Of a stretch of DNA of 32,000 nucleotides, positions 8,758 to 18,158 are shown piece by piece. Position 1 is the first letter of the stretch. Every line of letters begins with the position of its first letter. The stretch spans positions 3,270,001-3,302,000 of the forward strand of contig NZ_CP042905.2 in NCBI RefSeq assembly GCF_008000775.2. The letters run 5' to 3'. This DNA comes from Promethearchaeum syntrophicum. GTDB taxonomy: Archaea > Asgardarchaeota > Lokiarchaeia > Sigyniarchaeales > Promethearchaeaceae. The notes beneath the pieces were generated by a model, which saw only the letters and a list, made by a program, of their open reading frames with translations, ran no database searches and was not told the DNA's origin. The position numbers and the translations under genes are program-made.

Positions 8758-10011
8758 TTACACTTGATTTGCTAAATCTTTTTCGTTTTCACTCCACTCA
8801 TATTTTGGGGAATTTTGGTATTCTGGATCAAACAAATGACATGAAACAAAATGATCTTCTTCAGAAAATAGCAACTTAGGAATGACTTTATCACAACATT
8901 CCATTCTATGATCACATCGAGGATGGAATCGGCAACCATCAGGGGGATAAATTAAGTTGGGTACCATTCCACGTATTGTAGTTAAATCCTTATCAAGGTT
9001 TTTTGATGAAGGGATTGCAGAAATAAGCCCATTCGTATAGGGATGTTTTGGATTTTCAAAAATTTTCCGAACTGGGCCATATTCAACAATTCTACCACTA
9101 TACATTACTGCAACTTTTTCACAAATTTCTGAAATTACTCCTAAATCATGGGTAATCATTAAAATTGATGTTGAAAATTCATCTTTTAACTTTTTCATTA
9201 ATCTGAGGATTTGTGCTTGAATTGTCACATCAAGTGCTGTCGTCGGTTCATCAGCGATCAACAATTTCGGATGACAAGAAAGACCCATTGCAATCATCAC
9301 ACGTTGTCTCATACCACCACTAAGTTCATGAGGATATCGTTTCGTAATTTCCCGAGAATCTGCAATACCAACTTTCTTCAGAATATCAGCAGATAAATCC
9401 AAAGCAATATCTTTGATATTTTTCTTTTTAATCTTTTTTCTTAAGATTCTTAGCTTTTTTCTATCCTTATGATTTTCTTCCAAACCTTTTTTCTTTTTCA
9501 GCTTCATTTCTTCTTTTAAAATTTTAATTTGTTCTTTAAAAGAGTCTTGTCCTTCCTTGTAGATAGCGCGAGATTCCTTTAGCTTTTGTTTTTGATGTAG
9601 AAGAATTGCTTCCGAAATTTGTTTTCCTACAGTAAAAACGGGATTTAAGGAATTTAAAGGATCTTGAAAAATCATGGTAATATCATCTCCGCGAATATCC
9701 CTCATTTCATTTTCAGTTAATTCCAAAATTTTTTTCCCTTCAAATTGAATTAAGCCACTTTTAATTTTTCCAGGATCCCGAACTAATCGAACTAAGGAAA
9801 GCGCAGTTACTGATTTCCCACAACCCGTTTCCCCAACTAATCCTAATGTTTCTTTATATCCAATATTAAAAGAAACGCCATCTACTGCTTTTACAACACC
9901 TTCTTCGGTATAGAAGTATGTATACAAATTTCTAACGCGTATTAGGCATTCTTCATTCTTGCTGTATTCTTCAAATGTGATTGATTCCATTTTTGTATTC
10001 ATTGTATTCAC
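8758..10011 (-). CDS. oppD: Dipeptide/oligopeptide ABC transporter ATP-binding protein (OppD-type) with a charged insertion
   Basis: Walker A GETGCGKS, signature LSGGMRQR, Walker B LLIADEPTTALD, PDGCRFHPRC. Confidence 0.93.
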   Translation of the reverse strand: MNTMNTKMESITFEEYSKNEECLIRVRNLYTYFYTEEGVVKAVDGVSFNIGYKETLGLVGETGCGKSVTALSLVRLVRDPGKIKSGLIQFEGKKILELTENEMRDIRGDDITMIFQDPLNSLNPVFTVGKQISEAILLHQKQKLKESRAIYKEGQDSFKEQIKILKEEMKLKKKKGLEENHKDRKKLRILRKKIKKKNIKDIALDLSADILKKVGIADSREITKRYPHELSGGMRQRVMIAMGLSCHPKLLIADEPTTALDVTIQAQILRLMKKLKDEFSTSILMITHDLGVISEICEKVAVMYSGRIVEYGPVRKIFENPKHPYTNGLISAIPSSKNLDKDLTTIRGMVPNLIYPPDGCRFHPRCDHRMECCDKVIPKLLFSEEDHFVSCHLFDPEYQNSPKYEWSENEKDLANQV

Positions 10012-10021
10012 CCATTTTATT

Positions 10022-11092
10022 TTAAGTAACTTTCGTTTTTGGATCTAACGCGTCTCTTAATCCATCACCTACTAACATAAAGCCCAATACTGTAAAGAGT
10101 ACCATCATTCCAGGCCAAAATGATGCTTGAGGAGCATTATTTAAATAACTCCGACCTATATTAATGTCTAATCCCCATTCAATCAAAGTTTGATCTCCAA
10201 AACCTAAGAAACTTAATCCAGCGAGGGACAAAATTATCCCTCCTACATTAAATGTAAAAGTAATTAAAACCGGGGAAAAAACATTTGGAAGTATATGTTT
10301 AAACATAATACGACCATTTTTAGCGCCTATTACTTTAGCCGCTTCTACATAAGTTAACTCCTTTGCTTGTAGTACTTGACTCCTGGTTAGTCGGATGTAT
10401 ACCGGAATCCCAAGTATTCCAAAAGTAAGAGCGATAGCTGCTAATGGACCTATATCTAAGTTTTCCCTTAACCATCGATTATTTGTAAAAATATCAACTA
10501 CAATTAATGCTAAGATTAAACCTGGAAATGCTAGAAGCACATCTGTCATAAACATTATAATATTATCTACCCATCCACCAAAATAGGCCGCAATTATTCC
10601 AAAAATAACACCTAAGAAAACACTGACAAGAATAGAAGGAAGGGCAATAGTTAATGAGGTACGAGCTCCGAAAATGCAACGTCCTAAGATATCTCTGCCG
10701 AAATTTGTTGTCCCAAGAGGATGATCCGGAGAAGGGCCTTCCCAAGAACCCGTATTTATTCCTATTAAATCGTCAACATGGTAATCAGAGAGCCATGGAG
10801 CAAATACAGCAAAGCTAATTATAACAAATAAAATAAGAATTCCAAGTTTAGTCAATGGGTTGTTTAATCTTGCTAAAAATCTCCGTTGACTACGATCTTT
10901 TTCAAATTCGACAACACGAGCGGATAATTCTTCGTCCTTAAAACTCGGAATAAAAATAAATTTTAGGTTGTGAATTAACCAGACAAATAATTCTTTAAAT
11001 GTATATGCCATTCCAGAGAAAAACGAATATTCGACATTATCTTTTAATTTTAATTCTTTTTCAAATTCTGTTTCATTACTCATAATATTCAC
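10022..11092 (-). CDS. oppC: Dipeptide/oligopeptide ABC transporter permease (OppC-type)
   Basis: HPLGTTNFGRDILGR, EAAKVIGAKNGRIMFKHILPN, multiple TM helices. Confidence 0.92.
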   Translation of the reverse strand: MNIMSNETEFEKELKLKDNVEYSFFSGMAYTFKELFVWLIHNLKFIFIPSFKDEELSARVVEFEKDRSQRRFLARLNNPLTKLGILILFVIISFAVFAPWLSDYHVDDLIGINTGSWEGPSPDHPLGTTNFGRDILGRCIFGARTSLTIALPSILVSVFLGVIFGIIAAYFGGWVDNIIMFMTDVLLAFPGLILALIVVDIFTNNRWLRENLDIGPLAAIALTFGILGIPVYIRLTRSQVLQAKELTYVEAAKVIGAKNGRIMFKHILPNVFSPVLITFTFNVGGIILSLAGLSFLGFGDQTLIEWGLDINIGRSYLNNAPQASFWPGMMVLFTVLGFMLVGDGLRDALDPKTKVT

Positions 11093-11115
11093 TTTTTTGT
11101 TCTTATTTTAAAAAA

Positions 11116-12141
11116 TTAATACCTAATCCTTGGATCTAGAAATGCATAAATTAAATCCGTTAATAAATTAATTACAACGAATAGAAGCGTTACAACGAAT
11201 ACAGATGCTTGTAATACCCAATAATCTCCCGTTCGTATTGCAGTAATTATTGTTTGACCCATTCCTACTAATTGAAAAGTAGTCTCTGTAAGAACTGCAC
11301 CAGAAATTAAAAAGGCAAAATTTAATCCAATTATCGTAACTGTTGGAATAAGAGCATTTCGTAAAGCATGTGAATTTATAACTACGAATTCTTTACAACC
11401 TTTTGCACGAGAAGTTCTAATATAATCTTGTTCTAATACCTCAAGCATGCTTGATCGAGTTTGACGAGTTACACTGGCAATTGTAATAAATGTTAGACAG
11501 AATACAGGCATAATAAGGTGAAGAGCGTAATCCCAAAATAAGTCCCAACGACCTTCAAGAATACTATCTAACCAAATAAAATTAGTTACTACTGTAGGAT
11601 TATCGAGTCCAGAAGATTTAAATCCTGTTCCTGGAAGTAGAGAAAACCCTGGAATCCCTCCAGCAAGTAAAAATCTGAGTAATAAACCCATCCAAAATAC
11701 TGGAATAGAAACGCCAACAAGTGCAATAAATCTCACAGTTGTATCTTTCCATTTATTCCGATTGGTGGAACTTATTATCCCTGATATGATACCAATGATT
11801 GATGATAAAATAACAGATGTAACTGTAATATCAAAGGTTCTGGGAAAACGCGTCCAAATTATCCCCCATACTGGTTGTCCTCTATCTACTCCCGATGAGG
11901 TACCCCAATTGCCTATGAAAAGATCTTTAATATACAATATATATTGTTGCCATAAAGGAAGATGTAAACCTAAAGATCGTTCAACAGAATCATATTGTGC
12001 TTGACTAAATTGTTGTGGTAAAAAAGCAATTACAGGATCATTAGGACCAAGTCTTGCTAAGAAAAACGTTAAAGTTAGAACAGCTAAAATCACCGGTATC
12101 ATTATTAGAAGTCTTTTCAATGTATATGAAAACATACTCAT
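11116..12141 (-). CDS. oppB: Dipeptide/oligopeptide ABC transporter permease (OppB-type)
   Basis: MFSYTLKRLLIMIPVILAVLTLTFFL, DYIRTSRAKGCKEFVVINSHALRNALIPTVT. Confidence 0.93.
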   Translation of the reverse strand: MSMFSYTLKRLLIMIPVILAVLTLTFFLARLGPNDPVIAFLPQQFSQAQYDSVERSLGLHLPLWQQYILYIKDLFIGNWGTSSGVDRGQPVWGIIWTRFPRTFDITVTSVILSSIIGIISGIISSTNRNKWKDTTVRFIALVGVSIPVFWMGLLLRFLLAGGIPGFSLLPGTGFKSSGLDNPTVVTNFIWLDSILEGRWDLFWDYALHLIMPVFCLTFITIASVTRQTRSSMLEVLEQDYIRTSRAKGCKEFVVINSHALRNALIPTVTIIGLNFAFLISGAVLTETTFQLVGMGQTIITAIRTGDYWVLQASVFVVTLLFVVINLLTDLIYAFLDPRIRY

Positions 12142-12142
12142 A

Positions 12143-12808
12143 TTATTTTACCTCCTGTTTTGGTGGTTCATGTAAGTTATTATTAATGTGAATTTCATGC
12201 TTCTTCTTCAAATACTTCTGATATTCTTTCTTTACGGCACATCCCACAAAAGCACTAAAATAATAAAGAATAATTACTATAAGAATTGACAAATAACCCT
12301 CAAATCTACCTATTCCTTCCACTTTTATGAATCCAAAAAATATTGGGATTAAAGACAAATCAAATTCGACTGCCATCCAATGCCAGAAAAAAGATAAGAT
12401 AAAAGTGAATATAATTAAATAATGTGTATATCTAAGAGCATATTCATGAAAATTTTCACGAAATGCCATAAACGCGATTATTAAAAATACCAGTATTGTA
12501 GCAAGCCATGTTGATTTAGAGAAGAAAATTCGATTTAAAAATAATATTTCATAAGAGACAATTCCTTCTTCTGAGATGAATTCATTGTAAACAGAACATA
12601 TATACCCGAAGAATATGAAATAAATCCCCAGAAGACTTAAAATAAAATTACCTTGTTTAGTAATTTCCCTTTTTTCTCTATGTATGTTTTTTTTAATTTT
12701 TTTTTCTTCTTTTTCTTTTTTTTGCATATTGTTAGACTCCTGTTTTGATAAAAAATTCGATAATATTATTTCATTTTTTTTAGTTTTTGAGTTTTTTTTT
12801 TTGAGCAA
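12143..12808 (-). CDS. Multi-pass membrane protein of unknown function, within the ABC transporter locus
   Basis: 221 aa; about four hydrophobic segments after a highly charged N terminus; same strand and 1 nt from the oppB-like ORF. Confidence 0.7.
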   Translation of the reverse strand: MLKKKNSKTKKNEIILSNFLSKQESNNMQKKEKEEKKIKKNIHREKREITKQGNFILSLLGIYFIFFGYICSVYNEFISEEGIVSYEILFLNRIFFSKSTWLATILVFLIIAFMAFRENFHEYALRYTHYLIIFTFILSFFWHWMAVEFDLSLIPIFFGFIKVEGIGRFEGYLSILIVIILYYFSAFVGCAVKKEYQKYLKKKHEIHINNNLHEPPKQEVK

Positions 12809-12922
12809 ATTTATAATGGATTTCTATGATATAGTTTTAAGACTTTTATTTTGGTTTATTCATAAATAATTGATATTATAATCATGATTAATAAAAAAAA
12901 AAATAAAGAAATTAAATTAAGA

Positions 12923-14731
12923 TTAATTTGATTTCTTCTTAATTGCTTTCACTAAGTATAAAGAAGCTGCCAATGAGAAGATTGCTATGAAAGTGACAGT
13001 ATATCCAGGAATTCCAATACCAGAACTAGGTTCGATAGGAATTGCCCATTGATCTTCTGGAACTGTACCAAATTCAACAGGTGCATAATATTCTTTACCC
13101 ATCGGATTGCTTGGATAACCTTTAACACCTCTGAAACAATCCCAGTTTTGAGTATTAACACCATATACCCATGGCATTTGTTCTTCAACTAGAATTCTTT
13201 GAATTTCAGCATACATTTCAGCTCGAACAGTTTGATTAATTTCAACCAATGCATCTGCTAACATTGCATCGATAGTTGCATTGCTAAATTGAGCTCCATT
13301 AGAACCACCACTTGTAGATAATAAAGGATCTAACCAGTTGCTAGGATCATTATAATCAGGAATCCATCCTACCCAGAATAATTCTAACATATCTCTCGTA
13401 TATCCCTCAATATCATATAATCGATAGAGGAAATCATCCCAAATCATACCAGCATCAGTCACAACAATACCGATTTCTTCAAGAGTGTCTTTTAATACGG
13501 GAAACAGATCGGCTCTAATTTGATTATCAGTATTATAGGTGTAATTGAATGTTAAGAAATCTCCTCTTCTCCAACTTGAATTATCATTGAGCTCTAAATC
13601 TTCACCATAACCAGCTGCTTGCATTTTCTCTCGAGCTTTAATAATATCTGTAGTTGCTTCTTGTGAGGAATAATCTGACATTAAAACACCTTTAGGTACT
13701 GGACTTTCTAATCTATCAGCATAACCATCATAAACTTCAGCAATAACATAGTCATAATCAAATGCATAGGAAATAGCCTGTCGAACATCTACTGGGATAA
13801 GTTTAGTATTCATTCCTAAATATGCGGTTCGTAAGTTGGAACCAGGATTAGTTACATTTATCCATGGATCTTCATAGAAATCCCATAAGTATTGAAATAA
13901 TGGATCAGGTTGAATGTGGTAATCACCAGCGGTTAAGCCTTGCATCAAAGTTGGACCATCAGAAACTAACTTATAAACTAGATTAGGAATCTTAGCAGCC
14001 CCTGCAGGGTTCCAATAATCTTCAAACGCAGTAAAAGTAACTTCTACATCAGCAGTAAATTCCCCATAGACATAAGGACCAGTCCCATAGATAGTTCCAT
14101 TTGCAGTTATTACATAGTCTTCGGCAGGAGTGCTGTGTGGAGATTGGATATAAGAAGATCCGAAGCACAATAAAGGTTGGAACGCAGCAAAAGGAGAATT
14201 TAAATGGAATGTTAGTGTTTTACCTACATCGTCGGCAACGGTATTATTAATGATCGGAGTTCCATCTGGAAATTCATATAGTGAACTAGTTTGGACTACA
14301 GCTAGGCCTTCAGTTAAGGTCCCGGTTATATTCATAAAGAAAGCTAACCGATCAAAGTTCCATTTGGCAGCACTTGCATTGAATGGCATCCCATCATGGA
14401 ATGTTACATTTTCTCTTATTGGAACTTCATAGGTTACATTATCTAACCATTCTCCATCAGCGCTTGCTAATACGGGTATAATTGCAAGATCAGGATCAGT
14501 CAAGTCGTATTGAAAAAGACCTTCGATACATTGATCGTAGGTAGCGGAAGAGGCACTATCCCAAGCAAAAACACAATCCAGATCGACGGGACCACGAGTT
14601 TGTCCTACGATTAATGTATCGTCTGTTTGTTGGGCTTTAGGTGCGGTAGCAGTAGCTTCTATAGAAAATAAAGATGGCGCTACTAATAAAACACCCAATA
14701 AAATAAAAATCATTGTTCTTTTTTTATTCAT
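12923..14731 (-). CDS. oppA: Extracellular solute-binding protein family 5 (OppA/DppA-like) with C-terminal membrane anchor
   Basis: Signal peptide; RENVTFHDGMPFNASAAKWNFDRL; PVKKGVL-like PVPKGVL region; C-terminal GIPGYTVTFIAIFSLAASLYLVKAIKKKSN. Confidence 0.92.
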   Translation of the reverse strand: MNKKRTMIFILLGVLLVAPSLFSIEATATAPKAQQTDDTLIVGQTRGPVDLDCVFAWDSASSATYDQCIEGLFQYDLTDPDLAIIPVLASADGEWLDNVTYEVPIRENVTFHDGMPFNASAAKWNFDRLAFFMNITGTLTEGLAVVQTSSLYEFPDGTPIINNTVADDVGKTLTFHLNSPFAAFQPLLCFGSSYIQSPHSTPAEDYVITANGTIYGTGPYVYGEFTADVEVTFTAFEDYWNPAGAAKIPNLVYKLVSDGPTLMQGLTAGDYHIQPDPLFQYLWDFYEDPWINVTNPGSNLRTAYLGMNTKLIPVDVRQAISYAFDYDYVIAEVYDGYADRLESPVPKGVLMSDYSSQEATTDIIKAREKMQAAGYGEDLELNDNSSWRRGDFLTFNYTYNTDNQIRADLFPVLKDTLEEIGIVVTDAGMIWDDFLYRLYDIEGYTRDMLELFWVGWIPDYNDPSNWLDPLLSTSGGSNGAQFSNATIDAMLADALVEINQTVRAEMYAEIQRILVEEQMPWVYGVNTQNWDCFRGVKGYPSNPMGKEYYAPVEFGTVPEDQWAIPIEPSSGIGIPGYTVTFIAIFSLAASLYLVKAIKKKSN

Positions 14732-14814
14732 AATATATCACCAATTTTAAAAAAAAATTAATCTCTTTCTCGAACCAACTATTTTGATGAAATTTAAGAG
14801 TTGGCCCAATTTTG

Positions 14815-14998
14815 AAATTATTGATCATATTTAAATCTTTCGATCACATTTATGTTTTCTAATTTATTTTTAAATTTTTTGACCGATTGTGATTTCTTTT
14901 CATATTAATATAAACGTTCGAAATTAAACGTTCGATTTTATACGTTAAATTAATATATTTAGATTAATAGAAAATATCATATTTAAAATTATTGATCA
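14815..14998. promoter_or_regulatory. Candidate regulatory region between divergent genes, containing two direct-repeat pairs
   Basis: Exact 13-mer AAATTATTGATCA at 14815-14827 and 14986-14998; exact 10-mer AAACGTTCGA at 14912-14921 and 14926-14935. Confidence 0.35.
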
Positions 14999-15074
14999 AA
15001 CATATATTTCATATCAATATTTTTATATCTGTCAGGTAAAAAAAGTAATTACATTGAAGGGATGATTATATAAT

Positions 15075-16964
15075 ATGCAAAAAATTGCAAGAAGTGATAA
15101 AATAAAGGTTGGAGCTTTTATAATTTGTTCAATAACTTTGTTTAGTTCTTTATTTTTCTCAAACCAAATATTAAACCAAAATCAAATTCAGGAAGAAGAG
15201 AATTTGGTTGCAATTTGGTCATTGTATGCAGTAACAGATGAAATTGAATCACCCTTTGATATTTGGGTTTCTAAACCGGCATTTTCAAATAAAACTAAAT
15301 TTCCTGTTTATATTCTCATTCATGGAGATATTTTAGGTCCAGAATCATTAAATGTTTTAACCCATGAATTAATTAGACAAGAATATATGGTTGTATCGAT
15401 AGGTATACAAGAATTTAGTGTGTATCCAACACTCATTCAGTTAAACGTAGCATTAAATTTTATTTTGGAACGAGATGATGTTAATACTGATCAAATCGGT
15501 ATTTTTGGGCATTCTAGAGGAAGTATTTTTGCTATACTTTTTGGAATTATGAGAGCCGATTACATTAAATCTGTTGTAAGTGGAAATTTTGCTAATTGGG
15601 ACTTGTATTACCAATATGCGAATTTTATGGCTTCGAAAACTAAAGATTTCAATTATATATTAGATTTTTCTATTCCTCACAATATATTATTCCTTCTTAA
15701 CTCAAAGGATAGAAAATTAGAACCGACGCCTACTCGATTTTTGGATGAAATGTTAAAGGAGAATTATACAGATGCTACGAAATTCTATGGTAATTTTTCG
15801 GAAGGAACGGCAAGACAATTCTTATATAGTAATTCATCTTTTGGTCATCTTTCATCATTATATGATGAAGAACAAATCAAAATTCTCATTAATTGGACAA
15901 ATAGTGCATTAAATTATGACTCCGGATTATCAGTTGGGGAAATTGATGTGTTAAGTATTAAAAATTATGTATCAATCAATTTCTTCTTTTTTGTCTTTGA
16001 TATTATACTCGTTTTTATAATCTCCTTTTTACTTATCAAAAGTATCATATTCCAAAATAAAAAAGTTTTACCTCTGCTAAGTAAACTAAAGAATAGTATT
16101 GTTCCTAGACCCGAACTGGAAAATGAAGGTATTATGTCAGAGAGAGATAAAGAAGATACTCTTAGATATTTGGATAGAATTCCTTTTGAAGTAAAATATG
16201 AAGAACATTCCCAAATTATTAAATCCTTCAATCAAAAGGACTTTAAAAAAAAAATTCTTATTTTCTTAGGTGTTATCTATTTGGCTTTTATTATAATAAA
16301 AATTCCAATAATTCCTATCCCTCAATCATTTTTAGTATCCAGTATAGTCCCATTATTCAGAATAAGATTATTCTCGAGATATATATATTACATTTTAGAT
16401 TTATTTTTTCCTTTTACTTATATTTGGTTTTGGTTGCTAATTTTTGCACTTTTAACTTGGAGTTTTTTAAGAAAGGAAAAATTAACCCGAATTGGTAAAT
16501 ATTCTGGTAATAATTATGTTTTGGGATTATTCAATGGACTTGAGATTTTTTTAATACTCGCTAGTCTGAATTTATTAATTTTGGATAGATTTTTTGGAGT
16601 TTCCTTTTCAGAATTCTTTCTTAGAAATGGGTTAAGCACATATTTGTTACTCTATCTAATTAATTTATTTGTTTTTGAATTTTTCTCAAGAATTATTAAG
16701 GAGGATAGTCTAAAATACTGGAAAATGGTCGGGATTCAATTTATTGTTTATTTCCCTATTATTTTTCCTGAAATCTTGAACCCCAGTCCAATTTTAGAGA
16801 TGTATTTTTGTATTATTCTTTTAATTTTTCTAAATCCTTGGCTTTATAAATTATTTAAAAATATAAAAGTAATCAGCTTATGCAATTATTTGTTGATGGT
16901 TTTTTTCTTTTCACTTTTCTATTTTGAAAATAGAGCAAGTTGGGAGGGAAAACTCTTCTATTAA
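15075..16964 (+). CDS. Alpha/beta-hydrolase domain fused to a multi-TM C-terminal region
   Basis: N-terminal TM; IGIFGHSRGSIFAILFG nucleophile elbow; SGHLSS-like SSFGHLSSLYDEEQ; C-terminal half contains several hydrophobic segments. Confidence 0.7.
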   Translation: MQKIARSDKIKVGAFIICSITLFSSLFFSNQILNQNQIQEEENLVAIWSLYAVTDEIESPFDIWVSKPAFSNKTKFPVYILIHGDILGPESLNVLTHELIRQEYMVVSIGIQEFSVYPTLIQLNVALNFILERDDVNTDQIGIFGHSRGSIFAILFGIMRADYIKSVVSGNFANWDLYYQYANFMASKTKDFNYILDFSIPHNILFLLNSKDRKLEPTPTRFLDEMLKENYTDATKFYGNFSEGTARQFLYSNSSFGHLSSLYDEEQIKILINWTNSALNYDSGLSVGEIDVLSIKNYVSINFFFFVFDIILVFIISFLLIKSIIFQNKKVLPLLSKLKNSIVPRPELENEGIMSERDKEDTLRYLDRIPFEVKYEEHSQIIKSFNQKDFKKKILIFLGVIYLAFIIIKIPIIPIPQSFLVSSIVPLFRIRLFSRYIYYILDLFFPFTYIWFWLLIFALLTWSFLRKEKLTRIGKYSGNNYVLGLFNGLEIFLILASLNLLILDRFFGVSFSEFFLRNGLSTYLLLYLINLFVFEFFSRIIKEDSLKYWKMVGIQFIVYFPIIFPEILNPSPILEMYFCIILLIFLNPWLYKLFKNIKVISLCNYLLMVFFFSLFYFENRASWEGKLFY

Positions 16965-17072
16965 TTCACTTGAATCATAATATTAAACTAATTTTTTATT
17001 TTCCTATGGAGATTGTTGTTTCTAGTAATTGTTGAATAAAAGTTAAAATTTGAGGGAAGATGAATATTAAAC

Positions 17073-18032
17073 ATGTTCTTTGGAAGAAAATACGCAAAAA
17101 GTATGTCGAAAACAAGAATTATAAATAAGAAATCAGATGGTGGTCCAATGATATTTCTAATTGACATCTTCCAAAATGAAACCTTTCTTAATCCCATCTT
17201 ACCAATCCCTAGCAGAATAGATAAAATAATAAATGGGGATATTTCTGGTTTAATAACTCCATCCGAACCTATATCAATTAAGATCAATGAAATTGAATAT
17301 TCCTTTAATTATGAAAAACTTTACCAAAATATTGTTAAAAATTTGATTCATTATGCTCTTTCTAAGTTTAAAGAAGTTTCTTTTCAACCACTAAAAAAAA
17401 AAAAAATAGAGAATTGGTGGAACTTGCTAATCCAAAATGAGCATAAAATAAAGTCTTATGAGGAAGATTTATTCGTTATCCTACAATCTTATTTAGAAGC
17501 ATATAAATCATATAGATCTGGCTTGAAATTAGAAGAAGCATTATTACTATATTGTGATTCAATAATTACATATTGTAATAAAAAAATTGAGCAAAATGTG
17601 ATTAAATTTAATTCTCGAGGGAAAGAAAAACAATTCCCCATGTATAAAATGAATAGGGGTAAATTGTATCCAAATATTTGTGAATATGATATTCTTAATT
17701 ATCAAAAAAAACATATTTTTCAGAAAGCTTTCATTCCACTTCTTATTTATGATGATTTATTAGAATGTTTTTTATTCAATAAACAAATTTTGCAATTGAA
17801 ACTTAATCCTAATTTATCTTTTGAAGAAATTGGGTTTTCTAATCAAGCAGAATTAGAAGAACAATTAGATTTTCTAAATAATTCTAAGCTTATTAGTTTT
17901 GATTATCTAATAAATCAAGATTTATTAAAAAAAACAGAACAAAACCAAGATGACTCATCTAATAAAAAACAAATCTTCCTAAAAGATCTACTTGCAGACA
18001 TATCTGTCGATTCTATTATACAAAAAGAATAA
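17073..18032 (+). CDS. Hypothetical protein
   Basis: 319 aa ORF with soluble, charged composition; no family recognised. Confidence 0.65.
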   Translation: MFFGRKYAKSMSKTRIINKKSDGGPMIFLIDIFQNETFLNPILPIPSRIDKIINGDISGLITPSEPISIKINEIEYSFNYEKLYQNIVKNLIHYALSKFKEVSFQPLKKKKIENWWNLLIQNEHKIKSYEEDLFVILQSYLEAYKSYRSGLKLEEALLLYCDSIITYCNKKIEQNVIKFNSRGKEKQFPMYKMNRGKLYPNICEYDILNYQKKHIFQKAFIPLLIYDDLLECFLFNKQILQLKLNPNLSFEEIGFSNQAELEEQLDFLNNSKLISFDYLINQDLLKKTEQNQDDSSNKKQIFLKDLLADISVDSIIQKE

Positions 18033-18158
18033 TTTATCAGTAATTTCTTCTTATTTGGAAATTCAATGAATTTATGAGTAGAAAATAGACTTTCAAATTT
18101 AAGAAGTAAATAATGAAAAAATATAGGGAAGGTATGAGAATTTCCTACTATGAAAAAA

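Noticed and set aside
9211-12004. Plus-strand ORFs 9211..9396, 10395..10586, 10563..10745, 11762..12004
   Set aside because: All antisense within well-supported ABC transporter genes.
12684-14432. ORFs 12684..12869, 12985..13188 and 14250..14432
   Set aside because: Antisense to the membrane protein and solute-binding protein genes; low-complexity or biased products.
15965-16231. 88 aa minus-strand ORF
   Set aside because: Antisense to the hydrolase/membrane protein gene.
16988-17287. 99 aa minus-strand ORF
   Set aside because: Overlaps the 5' end of the longer 17073..18032 ORF antisense; no family signal. The exact start of the plus-strand gene is uncertain.
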